This document shows positions 11,260 through 23,634 of a DNA stretch of 56,730 nucleotides, one piece after another. The stretch covers positions 123,402,793-123,459,522 of the forward strand of contig NC_068981.1 of the NCBI RefSeq assembly GCF_001194135.2. Reading direction: 5' to 3'. The position numbers and the translations under genes are program-made. The notes below the pieces were generated by a model. It worked only from the letters and a program-made list of their open reading frames with translations, had not been told where the DNA came from and ran no database searches. Every line of letters starts with the position of its first letter. Position 1 is the first letter of the stretch. This DNA is from Octopus bimaculoides. Taxonomy: Eukaryota.

Positions 11260-12070
11260 ATCACACACAACACACAAAACCACAATATGAAACTAACTGT
11301 TCATGCAAGGATAAAAATTTGTACCCGCTAAATGAAGCTGCATGTCCGAGACCATCATCTATGAAGCCACCGTGGACTCTATATCCACTAAGGACACAGT
11401 CTCGACGAAGAAATACGTGGGCCTTACAGAGGGTTATTTCAAGGCCAGATTCAACAATCATACCTTGAGCTTCAGGCACTGGGATAAAAGGAAAACGACC
11501 AAATTATCCAGTCATATATGGTCCTTAAAAGATAATGGTGTCAGTTACAACATCTACTGGAAGATCTTAGCCAAGTGTAAACCCTACACCAACGGCAGCA
11601 GAAAGTGCGGTCTTTGTGATATGGAAAGATGGCTCATCTGCAAAGGCAGCTTAGATCCGGCCACATGCCTAAATTCAATAACTGAACTTTTCGGATCATG
11701 TCCACATGTGGCTAAATATTTGTGGATATATATATGTAATTTTTTTGTCGAATGTGCGGGTGAGCATGTGTGTGTTTTAAGTGAGAGTGGATGAGTATAT
11801 ATACATAGGCACATGTATGTGCATGTATGGACTGGTGCGCTTACGCAAATACTATGGACATTTTTACTCTTTTACCTTTACTCCCTTCCCTCACTTAGCG
11901 GTCATTCTAATAGCTCTTTTGTCATAATAACGGTCAACCACACAGTAAATTCCCTTTGTTTACCGGTCATTTTCATAGCATTCTTCGATGGACAGATAAC
12001 TGAAGAGATGGCGACGTGGGTTTCTTCCCCGGCATCCGAAACTCGGAGTTTTATCATGGCTACCGAATAA
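11260..12070 (+). mobile_element. Penelope-like element 3' fragment: GIY-YIG endonuclease plus putative terminal repeat
   Basis: ORF 11342-11794: IIYEATV...KKYVGLTEGYFKARFNNHTLSF...TKLSSHIWSLK...WKIL...CGLC...LN...ELF..C.H, preceded by NCSCKDKNLYPLN. A hammerhead motif follows at 11995-12055. Confidence 0.9.
11995..12055 (+). ncRNA. Minimal type I hammerhead ribozyme motif (Penelope-type)
   Basis: Stem I GATAA (11995-99) pairs with TTATC (12051-55); core CTGAAGA (12000-06); stem II GATG/CATC with an extra C; GAAA (12038-41); near-palindromic stem III ACTC-G-GAGT; GUU cleavage triplet (12048-50). Confidence 0.75.
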
Positions 12071-12138
12071 TTGTGACATATTGTTTACAGATATATATAT
12101 ATATATATATANNNNNNNNNNATATATATGTATGTATG

Positions 12139-12172
<34 letters not shown>

Positions 12173-12450
12173 TGTATGTATGTATGTATGCATATGCGTG
12201 TGTGTTTGTGTGCGTATTCGGTTCAAAAAATCAATAATTTAGATATCCCTAATAAAGAACTGTCGATATAACTTGCTGTTATTATATTTCAGCCGTGAAT
12301 ACACTTATTTAATTGGGTTTGTAATTTTCCCTACATATCCCTCTGTTTTTCATCCTATTTTCAACTTTGAATGAACAGAACACTAACCAAAGGTGTTAGA
12401 GGAATGATTATTCTGCATTTGTTAAGAAATGATATATCTAGTTAAACATT

Positions 12451-12658
12451 AAGGTGGTGAGCTTACATTGTCGTTAGTACGCCGGGCAATACACTTACCG
12501 TCATTTTGTCCGTCTAATGTTTGAATTTAAAATTCCGAAATAGACATTATTTCTCATTCTTTAAGGGTCGATATAAAGTGTACCGCTTGATCACTGGAGT
12601 CAATATAATCGACTTATCCTTCCCTCAAAATCGCTGGCCTTCTGCCACAAATTGAATC
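12451..12658 (+). mobile_element. SINE family A
   Basis: Head aaggtggtgagct..., body gggtcgatataaagtgtacc, tail ccctcaaaatcgctggcc. Confidence 0.8.
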
Positions 12659-13020
12659 CGATAGATTTAGTTAAACATGATTTAATGTGACCTTCCATTT
12701 TTAAGCAACGGAAGGTCATATTAAATATAATTTGAAGAATATTTTGGTGCTCTTCCAAGAAGGTTGAGCATCAATGAGGATCCTCGTTGGAGGGTCTCAG
12801 TAAGAAAATACATCAAAGATCTGAAAATTCACAAGGAAAAATACGGAGAAGATGAAGGCAAAAATATAGAATAAACTCCCAACACCCCAAAATATCATCT
12901 TCAGCCTACATCAATCACACCAGTATATTGATACACCCTCATATGACAGCTATCACGGAGGATAAAACTAAGTCGCAGGTATAAATTCTAAAGAATGAAA
13001 TTTCAAGATAAAGTAGAAGC

Positions 13021-13180
13021 AAGGTGGCAAGCTGACAGAATCGTTAGCACACCGGGCAACATTCATAACGACATTCCGTCCTTCTTTATGCTCTAAGTTC
13101 AAATTGCACCGAGGTCGACATTGCCCTTCATCATTTTGAAATCGATAAAATAAATAACAGTTGAACACTGGGGTAAAACC
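13021..13180 (+). mobile_element. SINE family A
   Basis: aaggtggcaagctgacagaatcgttagcacaccgggc...agttcaaatt...gaggtcgac. Confidence 0.85.
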
Positions 13181-13331
13181 AATATTATTGTTTTTGTTTG
13201 CTAAATGCATCACCAAATAATGTAATACTAAAATAGAATCAGAAATGAAGGAGGGATAGGGAAGACTCTAGAAAAAATAAAAGTCGTAGATTGTAGAAAA
13301 AGTATTCTGCGGAGTATTACGAAAAATAACG

Positions 13332-13529
13332 GTTTCAAATTTTGCCACAAGGGCAGCAATTCTAGGAGGAGCGATTGTATCGGCCCCAGTCTTTAAATGA
13401 TATTTAATTAATCTTACCCGAAAAGACGAAAGGCAAAGTCGACCTCAGCGGAATTTGAACTCAAAACATAGCAACTGACAAAATACCGCTTAGCATTTCG
13501 CCCGGCGTGCAAATGATTCTGCCAGCTTG
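13332..13529 (-). mobile_element. SINE family A
   Basis: gaaaggcaaagtcgacctcagcggaatttgaactc...gcatttcgcccggcgtgc. Confidence 0.85.
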
Positions 13530-13857
13530 AATATACAAAAATGATACGAAAAAATATATCACAAGCACCGGAGTAAATTTTATAAGACTATGTCCTGGTT
13601 CAATTTGTGACTGGTCCATATGGCGTTTGTGCATATTTCGATTATTTCCACTGTTGCTGATAAATGCTGCGTCATTTGTTGACGTATTGAATATGAGTTA
13701 CTTTTCAGCTCTACATAAATTATATATATTTTGCCGTGTTGACATACGATATGTTTCTAAACAGATCAGTTTAGTTTTTCCACTTAATGTCAAAAATCAG
13801 TATAGTTTGATATTGTAAATGTCAGATGAAATTATATAATACTTCATTCTCCTTTTT

Positions 13858-14030
13858 TATATCAAGCGCAAGCAAGTTTAAACGGTTTGCAACCACATGG
13901 ATTTGGATTCCCTCTTTTTGCGTGATATATTAGTTGAATGTTTCTACTAATAAACACAGACCTACCAATGATTTCTTTGTAAATTTGGTGGACAGAAACT
14001 GTGTCGAATCCTCTCGTGTATGAGATTGTG
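13858..14030 (+). mobile_element. SINE family B, 5' half
   Basis: tttgcaaccacatgg...gacctaccaatg...atttggtggacagaaactg matches the family B head and body. Confidence 0.65.
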
Positions 14031-14232
14031 CAAGTGAGTGATTGTGTTTCTCTCTCACTAATGATCAAATTGTGTAACTGCCTTCTGTCGACGCATAAAA
14101 GATGAATAGACATATAAAATCACTGATGTGTAGTGTTGATCATGAGGGCAGATACACACAAACACACAAACATACACATACTCATATATATATATATATA
14201 AATATATATATATATACATATGCCCTTTTATA

Positions 14233-14330
14233 TCTTACTTATTTCAGCCATTAGGCTATGGCTATGCAGGGGCACCGCACAGGGGGATCTTAGTAGAAGT
14301 AATCGACCCAATACTTATTTTCTTTTGTAA
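14233..14330 (-). mobile_element. SINE family B, 3' fragment
   Basis: ttatttcagccatt...ggctatgcaggggcaccgc...aatcgaccc. Confidence 0.6.
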
Positions 14331-14577
14331 CACTTCTATCAGTAGGTGATAGTGATAACATGACTCTGTCAATTAATGATCAATATCTAATAATCTTCTG
14401 CCCTACTGCAGAGCTGTTGTCAACTCCTTTGTTTATAGTGTGAGTAAAAATGCTGGTAGTTGAGAATGAGTTGTCGGCTGAATGATCTACACTCCTCGAA
14501 TGCAAAAGGCTCTCTACCGGATGCCGGCAGATATTGTGACCGTGACCAATAGGCATTGTTTAGAAGAGACAAGTCAC

Positions 14578-14782
14578 AGGTAGTGAGCTAGCTGAATCGT
14601 TAGCTCGACAGAAAAATAACTAGCGGCCTTTTGTCCGTCTTTACGCTCAAATTCCTATGGGGTCGATTTTGCCGTTCATTCTTTAGGGATCGGTAAAATA
14701 ATTACCATTTGAACGATGGGGGTCAATGTAATCGAATTAGACCCACCCTCAAAATTTCTGGTCTTGTGCCAAAATTTGAAAC
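14578..14782 (+). mobile_element. SINE family A
   Basis: aggtagtgagctagctgaatcgttagc...ggggtcaatgtaatcga...ctggtcttgtgccaaaatttgaaac. Confidence 0.85.
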
Positions 14783-17388
14783 TAATATTTCAAAGCAGCC
14801 TCTTAAAGGAAGCGTCACGCAACGTACGGCAAGTGAATGGGTGCAGTTCGAACACGTCGACAATAGAGCAGTGTTTATCAAAACAGTATGATGTATTAAA
14901 AACAATTATCCATTTACAAACACCATCTAGAATTTTTGCTTCGTACTCGATAATAACCTTGTAAATAGATTTTAAAAATACACTACATTGGGAAAATAGC
15001 GTATATAAATGCTTACTAATTAAACTTTGATTGCAAACACGTATTTGACGATNNNNNNNNNNNNNNNNNNNNNNNNNNNNNNNNNNNNNNNNNNNNNNNN
15101 NNNNNNNNNNNNNNNNNNNNNNNNNNNNNNNNNNNNNNNNNNNNNNNNNNNTATATATATATTTGATGTTCTAAAAAAATTAGATAAAACAATAACGGTG
15201 GATGGTAAGAAACGGTAGTATGACAGTCTGTACACTACTTACTCGTGCATATTGAGAAAAATTTCATCCAAAGACCAGAATGAGTATTGATGAGTAGCAC
15301 CATAATTAAGTGTTAAGAAAAAGAGAAATAAAGTGAGCCACAAAACAGTAGAAACGAAAATACCGAAGACTATAGCAACGACACATCTCACGACTAATAT
15401 TCATTACATTGTACATGTCTATGAAACATCATGTTTAGTGAATAAATCGAACAATAATTGCCATGTTATTAAGTTGGCAGTGTGTTGTTGTGTATTCTAT
15501 CGTGCAAGAGATGCAAAGGTGATGCTGTAATTTAAAGGATTATAGTTTAAATCATTTTAGTTCCATTAGTACTTTATTCATGTATTATCTCAAATAAAAA
15601 TCTTTGCAATAAAAGTAAGGATATGCAAAAGCGATGTTTTGCTTTTAGTCCGAAATTAAAATCGTAAGTATGCAATAATATAATTTCGGATTCTTAAAGA
15701 TACAACCATATTACCACATTAACGTGTGATGTTATGTAAGATGATAAACTAAATTACTGGGATTTAGCTACAAACAGATGTTGCATTGTATTCAAGATCA
15801 TAGTATACTTCAATGGGTACACACTTTTACGTATTGAGTACAAATATCTTTTATGATGTGTGCCTGTTCCATGAAATAAATATCAGTCCAGTACAGGAGC
15901 TGGAATAATCTAATATGGTCCCTCCTCTCCATCTTATACATCTTTGTGTTTACGCTAGTAATCTTATATCATCTTTAAAAGTAGTCTCATCGATTCAAAT
16001 AATATTTTTCTGACATAACTTCTCTATTCCCTTGTATTTTCTTTACATAACTTTTGCTGCAAATGGTCTTGAAGAAAAAGAAACCCAGACATCAGATTAA
16101 TGCTTTGTCTAACTTCTATTCAGCTGATATCCTGTACATCTTCTCAATATAAAATTAGGACTTATTTTCTTCTCTTTTTTCCATTTGTGATACGATGATA
16201 ATTTTCATTTTGCATTTATTAATTTTTTATTTTGTTTAATTGAAAAGATTGGTAATGGACAAAATATACGTGACGGCTTTGTTTTTGCAGTTACGTTATT
16301 GTCTTGATCGAATTATCATATGGCGTTAATTCACTATATTTATACACTTTATTCACGAACATGCAAAAACATGTCAAAAATCGTATACTAAGCCTCACTT
16401 TATAATTATATCCTTTGTATAAACCGAACTTTATAATTATATCTTATATAAGAATGATAATTTAACCTCGCGTTTTTTACTCCTTTTTCATCAAGATTTT
16501 AATCATTTTCTTTCTGGGTAATTGATATTAATTATTATTCATATTTTACGATTTCTCGTTGCGCAGTCGGAGAGGAAGAAAACGCTAACATACAATTTGT
16601 TTAGTACATGAATGATAGCTTTTCGACTTTTCACTCATCGAAAGAATTTTTTGGTTTTTACGATGATGTTGAGAATGTAATTTTTTTAATAGCCAGTAGC
16701 ATAAAAAAACCCTACATTGGGATATGAATGTCAGGTATGTAGTGACTACAGTATGTGGTCTAACTTCTAATGCCTTGGCATATGTAAAATGAATAAATAA
16801 TAAAGATTTTCTCCTACAATAGCTTTTTTCTAAATCAGCTTTATCAATATTTAATACTGTTCTGAAACTGAGCTATATATTTCATCAGGACAAATTTGGC
16901 GTCACTTTATTCTCTCCCTTATTATATGCATGCATGCCTCCGTCGCGCTAAGGTTATGTGACCGGATTAGTGTTAGACGAATTACTAACTTGTACACGGA
17001 AAGACGAAATATGTTGTTTCGAGAAACTTTACGTCACCCAATACTAAGATTCTGAAACGGCTAGAAGTTGACTAATTCCGAGGCTCTGCAATACTTACAT
17101 CTTTTTTCTAAACGTTATTCAACAACTGATGCTTCATAATCTGATATCAAAGAAAAACGTATATTACAGCTAGCAATATTTTACGTTTCAGGCCACCCAC
17201 TCAAGCAAATATTGCTTTGGTCATAGCACAGAAATTTCAGAGCTACTAAACATTACGCACAAATTGCTCCGGAAATTTTTTAATCTTAATCTATTTCGAA
17301 TGGATCGTTTGATATGAGAATTATTGAAGCTTCATAAATCAACGTTACTGCGGTAACTAAGATTCATAACGAAAATGTGATGATTGAA

Positions 17389-17690
17389 CATCCATCCATC
17401 CATCCATCTTCGCCTGCTATTTTTTGAATGGTCATGGGGGCAGAGTCCTTAAGCACCTCCTCCATAGGACCGTATCAAAACCAAACGCCATTGAATTTCC
17501 CAAGAGTAAACAACCGAGAGATTTGGATATTATCCAACCAACACTTTCTTGGTCTACCCCAGGTCTCATATCTGTTGGATCAGCTCCCCATCTTGTAATT
17601 CTAACACGGTTTAGTCTTCCTGCTTGAGGATGCCACCCTCCCTCACTCCCGCCTCTCCTGGACTCAATGTGTCGGGTTATAGACATTCAT
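17389..17690 (-). mobile_element. RTE-clade LINE 3' end with (GATG)n tail
   Basis: Minus strand GRPRKCWLDNI (GRPR.RW.D-like) and DTVLWRRCLRTLPP*, then a short UTR and (GATG)5 at 17389-17408. Confidence 0.65.
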
Positions 17691-18032
17691 TTATTTTCCG
17701 ACTTGAAGATTTTTTTTTTAAATATGATGTCTTGAATAATTTCAGACTTAAAACCAATCAGCATATGATGAATTAATTATCGGTAAGTGTCCTGATATAA
17801 TCAAATTCGGATTTCGTCACGAAAGACGATTTAAGTTTATGACTATTAGCATTCTTAATTAGAAACATTTTGTACTTAACAGAATTGAACTGTCAGAAAG
17901 GTGCACGTTGCTGATGTTCTGGAGGGGTCTCAAAGTTATCCCAATTGCACTGTCTGTCGTTTTATTTTTTCAAAGCCTAATGGTATCACCCATGATAACT
18001 CACATACTAATATATCTGTATAAAAAGTTCAT

Positions 18033-18400
18033 AAGGTGGCGAGCTGGCAGAAACGTTAGCACGGCGGGCGAAATACTAGTTCAAATTCCGTCGAGGTCGA
18101 CTTTGCCTTTCATCCTTTCGGAGTCGATAAATTAAGTACCAGTTACGCACTCGGATCGATGTAATCGAGTTAATCCTTTTGTTTGTCCCCTCTATGTTTA
18201 GCTCCTTGTGAACAATAAAGAAATAAGAAACGTTAGCACACCGGGGGAAATGCTTAGCGGTATTTCGTCTGTCTTTATGCTCTGAATTCAAATTCCACCG
18301 AGGTCGACTTTACTTTTCATCCTTTCGGGATTGATAAATTAAATACCAGTTGAGTACTGGGTCGATCTAGTCGGCTGGCACCCCTCTCCCAAAATTTCAG
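18033..18400 (+). mobile_element. Dimeric SINE family A composite
   Basis: Two tandem family A units joined by tttgtttgtcccctctatgtttagctcct...aaagaaataag. Confidence 0.9.
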
Positions 18401-18632
18401 ATGAGAATATTATGTGCTCTACTTGCAACAAAATTTCAAATATGTTTATAACTGGTAGTTTCTGAGTGCAGACAATATTGTCCCTGACTTATGTCTACAA
18501 TGATAGCGATTATGCTGAAAGTTGTGTAGGCGATCATCACACATGCACGCGCACACCACGTCTAAATATGTATGTTTTCTATATATATATATATATATAT
18601 ATAAGCATGTATGTATAAGTGTGCATTTGTAT

Positions 18633-18673
<41 letters not shown>

Positions 18674-20655
18674 TCTGTGTGTGTATGTGCGTGTGTGTGT
18701 GTATAATATAATTTCTCTATAAACTTAGACGTTTAATAAATGCATTTGTAGCATCTCTGTGAAAATAGTAAATAATTAATGCAAATAACTTATTTGTACT
18801 GCTGTAGATAAGATCAGACCTTGCCTGATCATGCTTACATTATTCATCAAATAGTGTTTCTACGTTCCCCCAGCGACCAGCGCTGGCTATGTGAATCGTG
18901 ACGATCAGTTTTAACGAAAGTCGTAACTAATCGATTAGTAGATTCGATCTTTCCCATTATTCTCCAAAGTAAATTTGTATTCACTGTATCAAAAGCTTTT
19001 GTTAGACCATTAAAAAAAAAAGCTGATAAGAGTAAGATGATATTCTATACATTTCCGCTGCAGATGTCAGACACAAATATCATATCAGATCTCAACCCAC
19101 AATGAAACGCTGCAAATAACTATAGGGCATATGTATGACTGCTAAGAATTTAACTAGAGTGAATACTGTATCGATAGTTACTAGTAAACGACTATCACGA
19201 AAGAAAATGAACAGTTTCACCTTTCAGAGTGATATCAGTAAAAGATCAGTTTGATTTCGGAACCGGTCAACCATTCCACACATCGAACCTGAAGGCTGTT
19301 CACATGCACAACCGTTACTTTACCGTCATATTTGATATACCATTAATTCATTGTGTTATTTTTTAATTGACTCTTTGATAGCCGCCTTTATCGATTTTTG
19401 GTTGGGGAGTGATATACATTTACTCAGTATTCATGACTGAAAATGTTTACAGATAATGTATTCATTTATAGCGCGTGGCCTACGAAAAACACCCGTGAAA
19501 CTGGTTGTAGATTGCTTCAAAATGTCTCGGTCAGAGAATAGCAATAGCTTAGATCAGACAGTAGTTATAGATGATTCATTAGGAGTCAATATATGTTTAA
19601 CAAGCTATGCATTAATTTATTTTAATCTTTGTAATCAAAAGCAAATTGATTATCCTTGTAGTTACACAATTTGTCACCTGCCCTTGATGACACATATATC
19701 TTTGTACCACATTAACTTCTGATGTGTCAGCAACTCTTCTGTCAAAGAGAAGAAACACTGAAGCATCAGATAACTCGGTATTAAATAAGTTCTGAGGTAT
19801 GTATGATGTCTAGGCATGTATTTACTTTTGAGTTTTAGAATTGTAATTTTCTGGCAAGTCATTTGATCTAAGACTATGTATTCAGGCTAAAGTTGTTACA
19901 GCGTGGGAGACATATATTTCAAAACCACAAAAACCTGATAAATATTTTGGAATCGCTTTCAGCGAACCATTTCTTGTGCTTATGCATCTGAAAGCCTAAA
20001 ATATCAACAAGATTTTATTTTAGCCTTTTTGTTTGAAGTTTATCCATGAACCACCAGGAAACAGATTGTGCAAGAGAATGATGTAGAGATACAGATAATT
20101 AGGGAATATCAGATGTCAGTAACCTGGATCAGAATTTTCGTTATTTGGTGTTAACTTTTTGCTTAGTCATTCATCCAACTCGTACAATTACGAAACACCT
20201 TAGAATCATAATGAATGTCACTTTTGCGTATTATGATTCATGCAAATTTTATGCATTATGACGCCATCAATGAGGTAAGTTTGTTTCGATCGTGAATACA
20301 TCGAAGGAAATTTATGCTTAAATTTCTGACTAAACGGTGTGTTATATTTAAGGATAAGACAATTTATTTTTATTTTACTAGTACCAAAGAATCCCTAAAA
20401 ATATTATGACCTTCTCTGGGATTAAAGACATTTATGAAAAATGACTTTGTCATCAGTTGGAATAGAAAGCAAGCCATTTCTGTGAGACGCATAATAAAGG
20501 TCAATATTCTTCTGTTTAGTAAAGAATGTTTATAAAGAAAAGAAAGTAACAATTCGAAAACAAGATAATGACAAACGGAGTTTAATAATTCAAACACCCA
20601 CGCACTGTGTAGCTAATTATTCAGATTATCAATTACCTTATTTTCTTTATTGCAG

Positions 20656-20882
20656 TGGCTGCACCACCCAAATGTCTTCATCCACAGGTTCACCGATTCA
20701 AAAGAAACCATAACAATGGGTTTCATATAGCAAACCTTTTTTCTACCATTCATGTCTCTGAAATCGCAGTGATATCACTAATACTGATTATGCTCTTATT
20801 CTCTGTTACAACGATAACATTTCGACGTTCTATCCTACTGGGACGTTCATTCACAATAGGTTTCCCATATTCTAAAACATAG
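20656..20882 (+). CDS. Candidate terminal coding exon (RFKR motif, hydrophobic segment, short tail); unverified
   Basis: Acceptor ttttctttattgcag, then an open frame AAPPKCLHPQVHRFKR...IAVISLILIMLLFSVTTITFRR...*. No compatible upstream exon found. Confidence 0.2.
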
Positions 20883-21429
20883 CGCAAATATAGCTTTCAT
20901 CGCTTTATATATTTACAGTGAAGTTAATTATCTTACCTTGATTTCTCTGTAACGTGCTCTAAACGCGCGTGCTAATTCAAACATCGATGGGAACAAACGC
21001 AGTTACTAAAAAGTCTTGTTTTCACAAGCACGATAAATAGCGAACGAAATTAATATTTTAACAAGTAAACCATGGATACGTGTATTCAGAAGGTTGTTTT
21101 AGTAATATCTTACCTGAATAACTTGAGTAAGTGGGTAATGATTGTGATACTGTTTTTATATTCTTGCCTAAATGACAATGATAGCACACAGAATATTTCA
21201 AACATAATATTACTGCCCAAGATCAAAGGAAATGACATTGCAATCATTGAATTGGTGTGTTTTGTAGATTTGTTGTTGTATGATGCGGATTCATTAAGTC
21301 ATCACCAAAGACGCTCATTGGCAAATAACTTTGAAAGATCGCCATAACATATACTTGCTTCAGGAATCAAACGTATCTGCGACGTGATAGCTGATATTAT
21401 ATATATATATATATATATATATGTGGATG

Positions 21430-21700
21430 AACCACTACTAAATCTTTCCGGAGTTTTGGCAAAGAGTCGTATTCTGCTGCAACACATTGGATTTTTCAGC
21501 TGCAAATGGCTCCAGCCAGGGATTGACCACAGCTTCCAGTAGCTTCACATAGAAGTCTGAACTCTGTCAATGACCCTGTTCATTAGTTGCTGAAAAAAAC
21601 AATGGTAGGCGGACGCAGTCAGAATCAGAGTTTGCATTGCAGGTGTTCATGTGACGTCTTACACCTGGTACAGTGTTCACAGAGCATGGATCAACAGTCA
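21430..21700 (-). mobile_element. Tc1/mariner-superfamily (maT/DD37D-like) transposase fragment
   Basis: Minus strand SDFYVKLLEAVVNPWLEPFAAEKSNVLQQNTTLCQNS resembles Y..LLE.VVKPW....A.GRPYV.QQD.AP.HTS. Confidence 0.6.
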
Positions 21701-22600
21701 TGTTATCGGGAATTTGATAGCCATTGCGAATCATGATGATACAGATAAAGTTTTAGGAATATTCAGATGGCTTCCAGTTCTCTGTGTTAGTTAACTACAA
21801 TGTTGATATCGTTGCATTCCAACGCCGCTAACTGTTTACCAATACATCAAGCTGCTGCTAAAAAAGACGACATAAAAATCATCAAATTAAGTTAGAACAC
21901 ACCGTATGTATGTATATATATAATAGAATCCAGTGTGTTCTTCGTCAGTCACGCTGGTACAGGGAAAATAAAAACAACAAACCGTGTGATAATTGAAGGA
22001 AACTCTGAGAGATTTTGCTCTGAAGAGCTGCTAATATCCAAAACAAAATAAAACTGCAAACATTTATCGTAAATATATGTATACTGTACATTGGAGCTAC
22101 TCTTACTCTGAATACCACTGTTTTCATTTTCGTCAGCACATTCTATTGACTCTCTTTATCAGTTAGTGTTATGATGGAAGATATTTTCTACACCCTTCGT
22201 CTTAGGGCGATATTGATATTATAATTACTGCTACTCCCCTGTTGAATGGCACTGTTATCCGTATGCCGAAGCACAAGTAATTTAGCTGACGAGGGGTTTT
22301 CTAAATGCATTCTTGTCCTTTAAGTATGTCTTCCACATCCCACTTTCATTCAGACTAGATTTTCAGACATAAAGATAAAACATTTAAATCAAAATTATTT
22401 GTCCATATAAAATACTACTTTGTATAGAATGTATTCAATTTAAATATGTCTTTGAATGACTTACAAAGATAATAACTTATCTCTATTTTCATTTTCAGAA
22501 AAACGTATAAGATGAGATTGTTTTTAATTCTGTAAATTATTAGTGAAAGCTTAATAAAAATTATTGATTAATGATTAACTACAAAACAATATTCGTTTTC

Positions 22601-22880
22601 TACAGGCATGGCCGCGTAGTTAAGGAGCTCACTTCGAACTGTGGCTTTCGATTTCAGTCACACGGTGTGGTAACCCATCTTACAAAGGTATATATATGTC
22701 TGTCATTGTGTTCGTGTTTTACTCACATTCACTGTTTGATATCCAGTGTTAGTATTTTTCTTGTTCCCTATACGTTCAGCAAAAGACACCGATAGAACTT
22801 GATTCAGATTTTAAAATAAGTAATGGGAATAATTAGCTTAACTAAACCCTTTGTAGCGGTACTCATCCTGACTGAAAGAA
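22601..22880 (+). mobile_element. SINE family B, degenerate
   Basis: Head ggcatggccgcgtagttaagg...tttcagtc; 3' part gttcagcaaaagacaccgatagaa. Confidence 0.55.
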
Positions 22881-23454
22881 GAAAAATATATAAACTCACT
22901 ATATACATTGCACAATATTTTCAATTACTTATATGACAGCGTTCCTAGTCACAGTCCTGTTTTCTCCATCATGATATGTCATTCTTGTTGGTTTGAAGGA
23001 GACGTGGCTGCCATTTTTAGTAGATTGAATAACTACTGAAATTTTCACCATATGTGAATATGTGTGTTACTAGATATGAAATGGAGTTTTTTTATAATTT
23101 CATAACTATCTAATATAAAAGAAAAAACGGTGGTCTTCTCAGGAAATATAACATACTCTTCCATCAAAAACGTAAATTCCCTTGAATGTATCTTCGATCA
23201 AAAAAAAAAATCCTACCTCGTTGATGACGTCATAATACATCAAATTTATATTCCTCATAATACGCAAAAGTGACATAAATTATGTTCTGCGTAAATGTAG
23301 GTTTTGGATAGATGACAACCTACTACGACTCGCAGTGAAAACAGATTTTAGGAAAGAAGCTTAGACCAAATAACAAATAACGAATTAATGCATAAAATAG
23401 TTCATAATATTTCAGTAAATTCTTTGTACTGATTTCAAAATTCCATAGAAGACT

Positions 23455-23634
23455 AGAAATGTTTGAGGAAGAGGTAAGTCAAAGACATCGACTCCATTGA
23501 TCAACTGTTGTTCATTTTCACGAACTCAAATGGTTGGTAAGCAAAATTAACAACGATGGAAGCTGCACTCAGAACGGAAGAAATATCGTTAACCATTTTG
23601 TCGGACAGGGTAAAAGTTTTGCCAACTTGCCGCC
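23455..23634 (-). mobile_element. SINE family A, degenerate
   Basis: taagtcaaagacatcgactcca...actcagaacg...gccaacttgccgcc. Confidence 0.65.

Noticed and set aside
16692-16734. Small plus-strand exon candidates with GTATGT/GTAAGT donors (also ending at 19796 and 20274)
   Set aside because: Stops in most frames and no consistent phase with the 20656 candidate.
18033-18110. SINE heads as tRNA genes
   Set aside because: A/B boxes run into repeat bodies and no cloverleaf with acceptor stem is seen.
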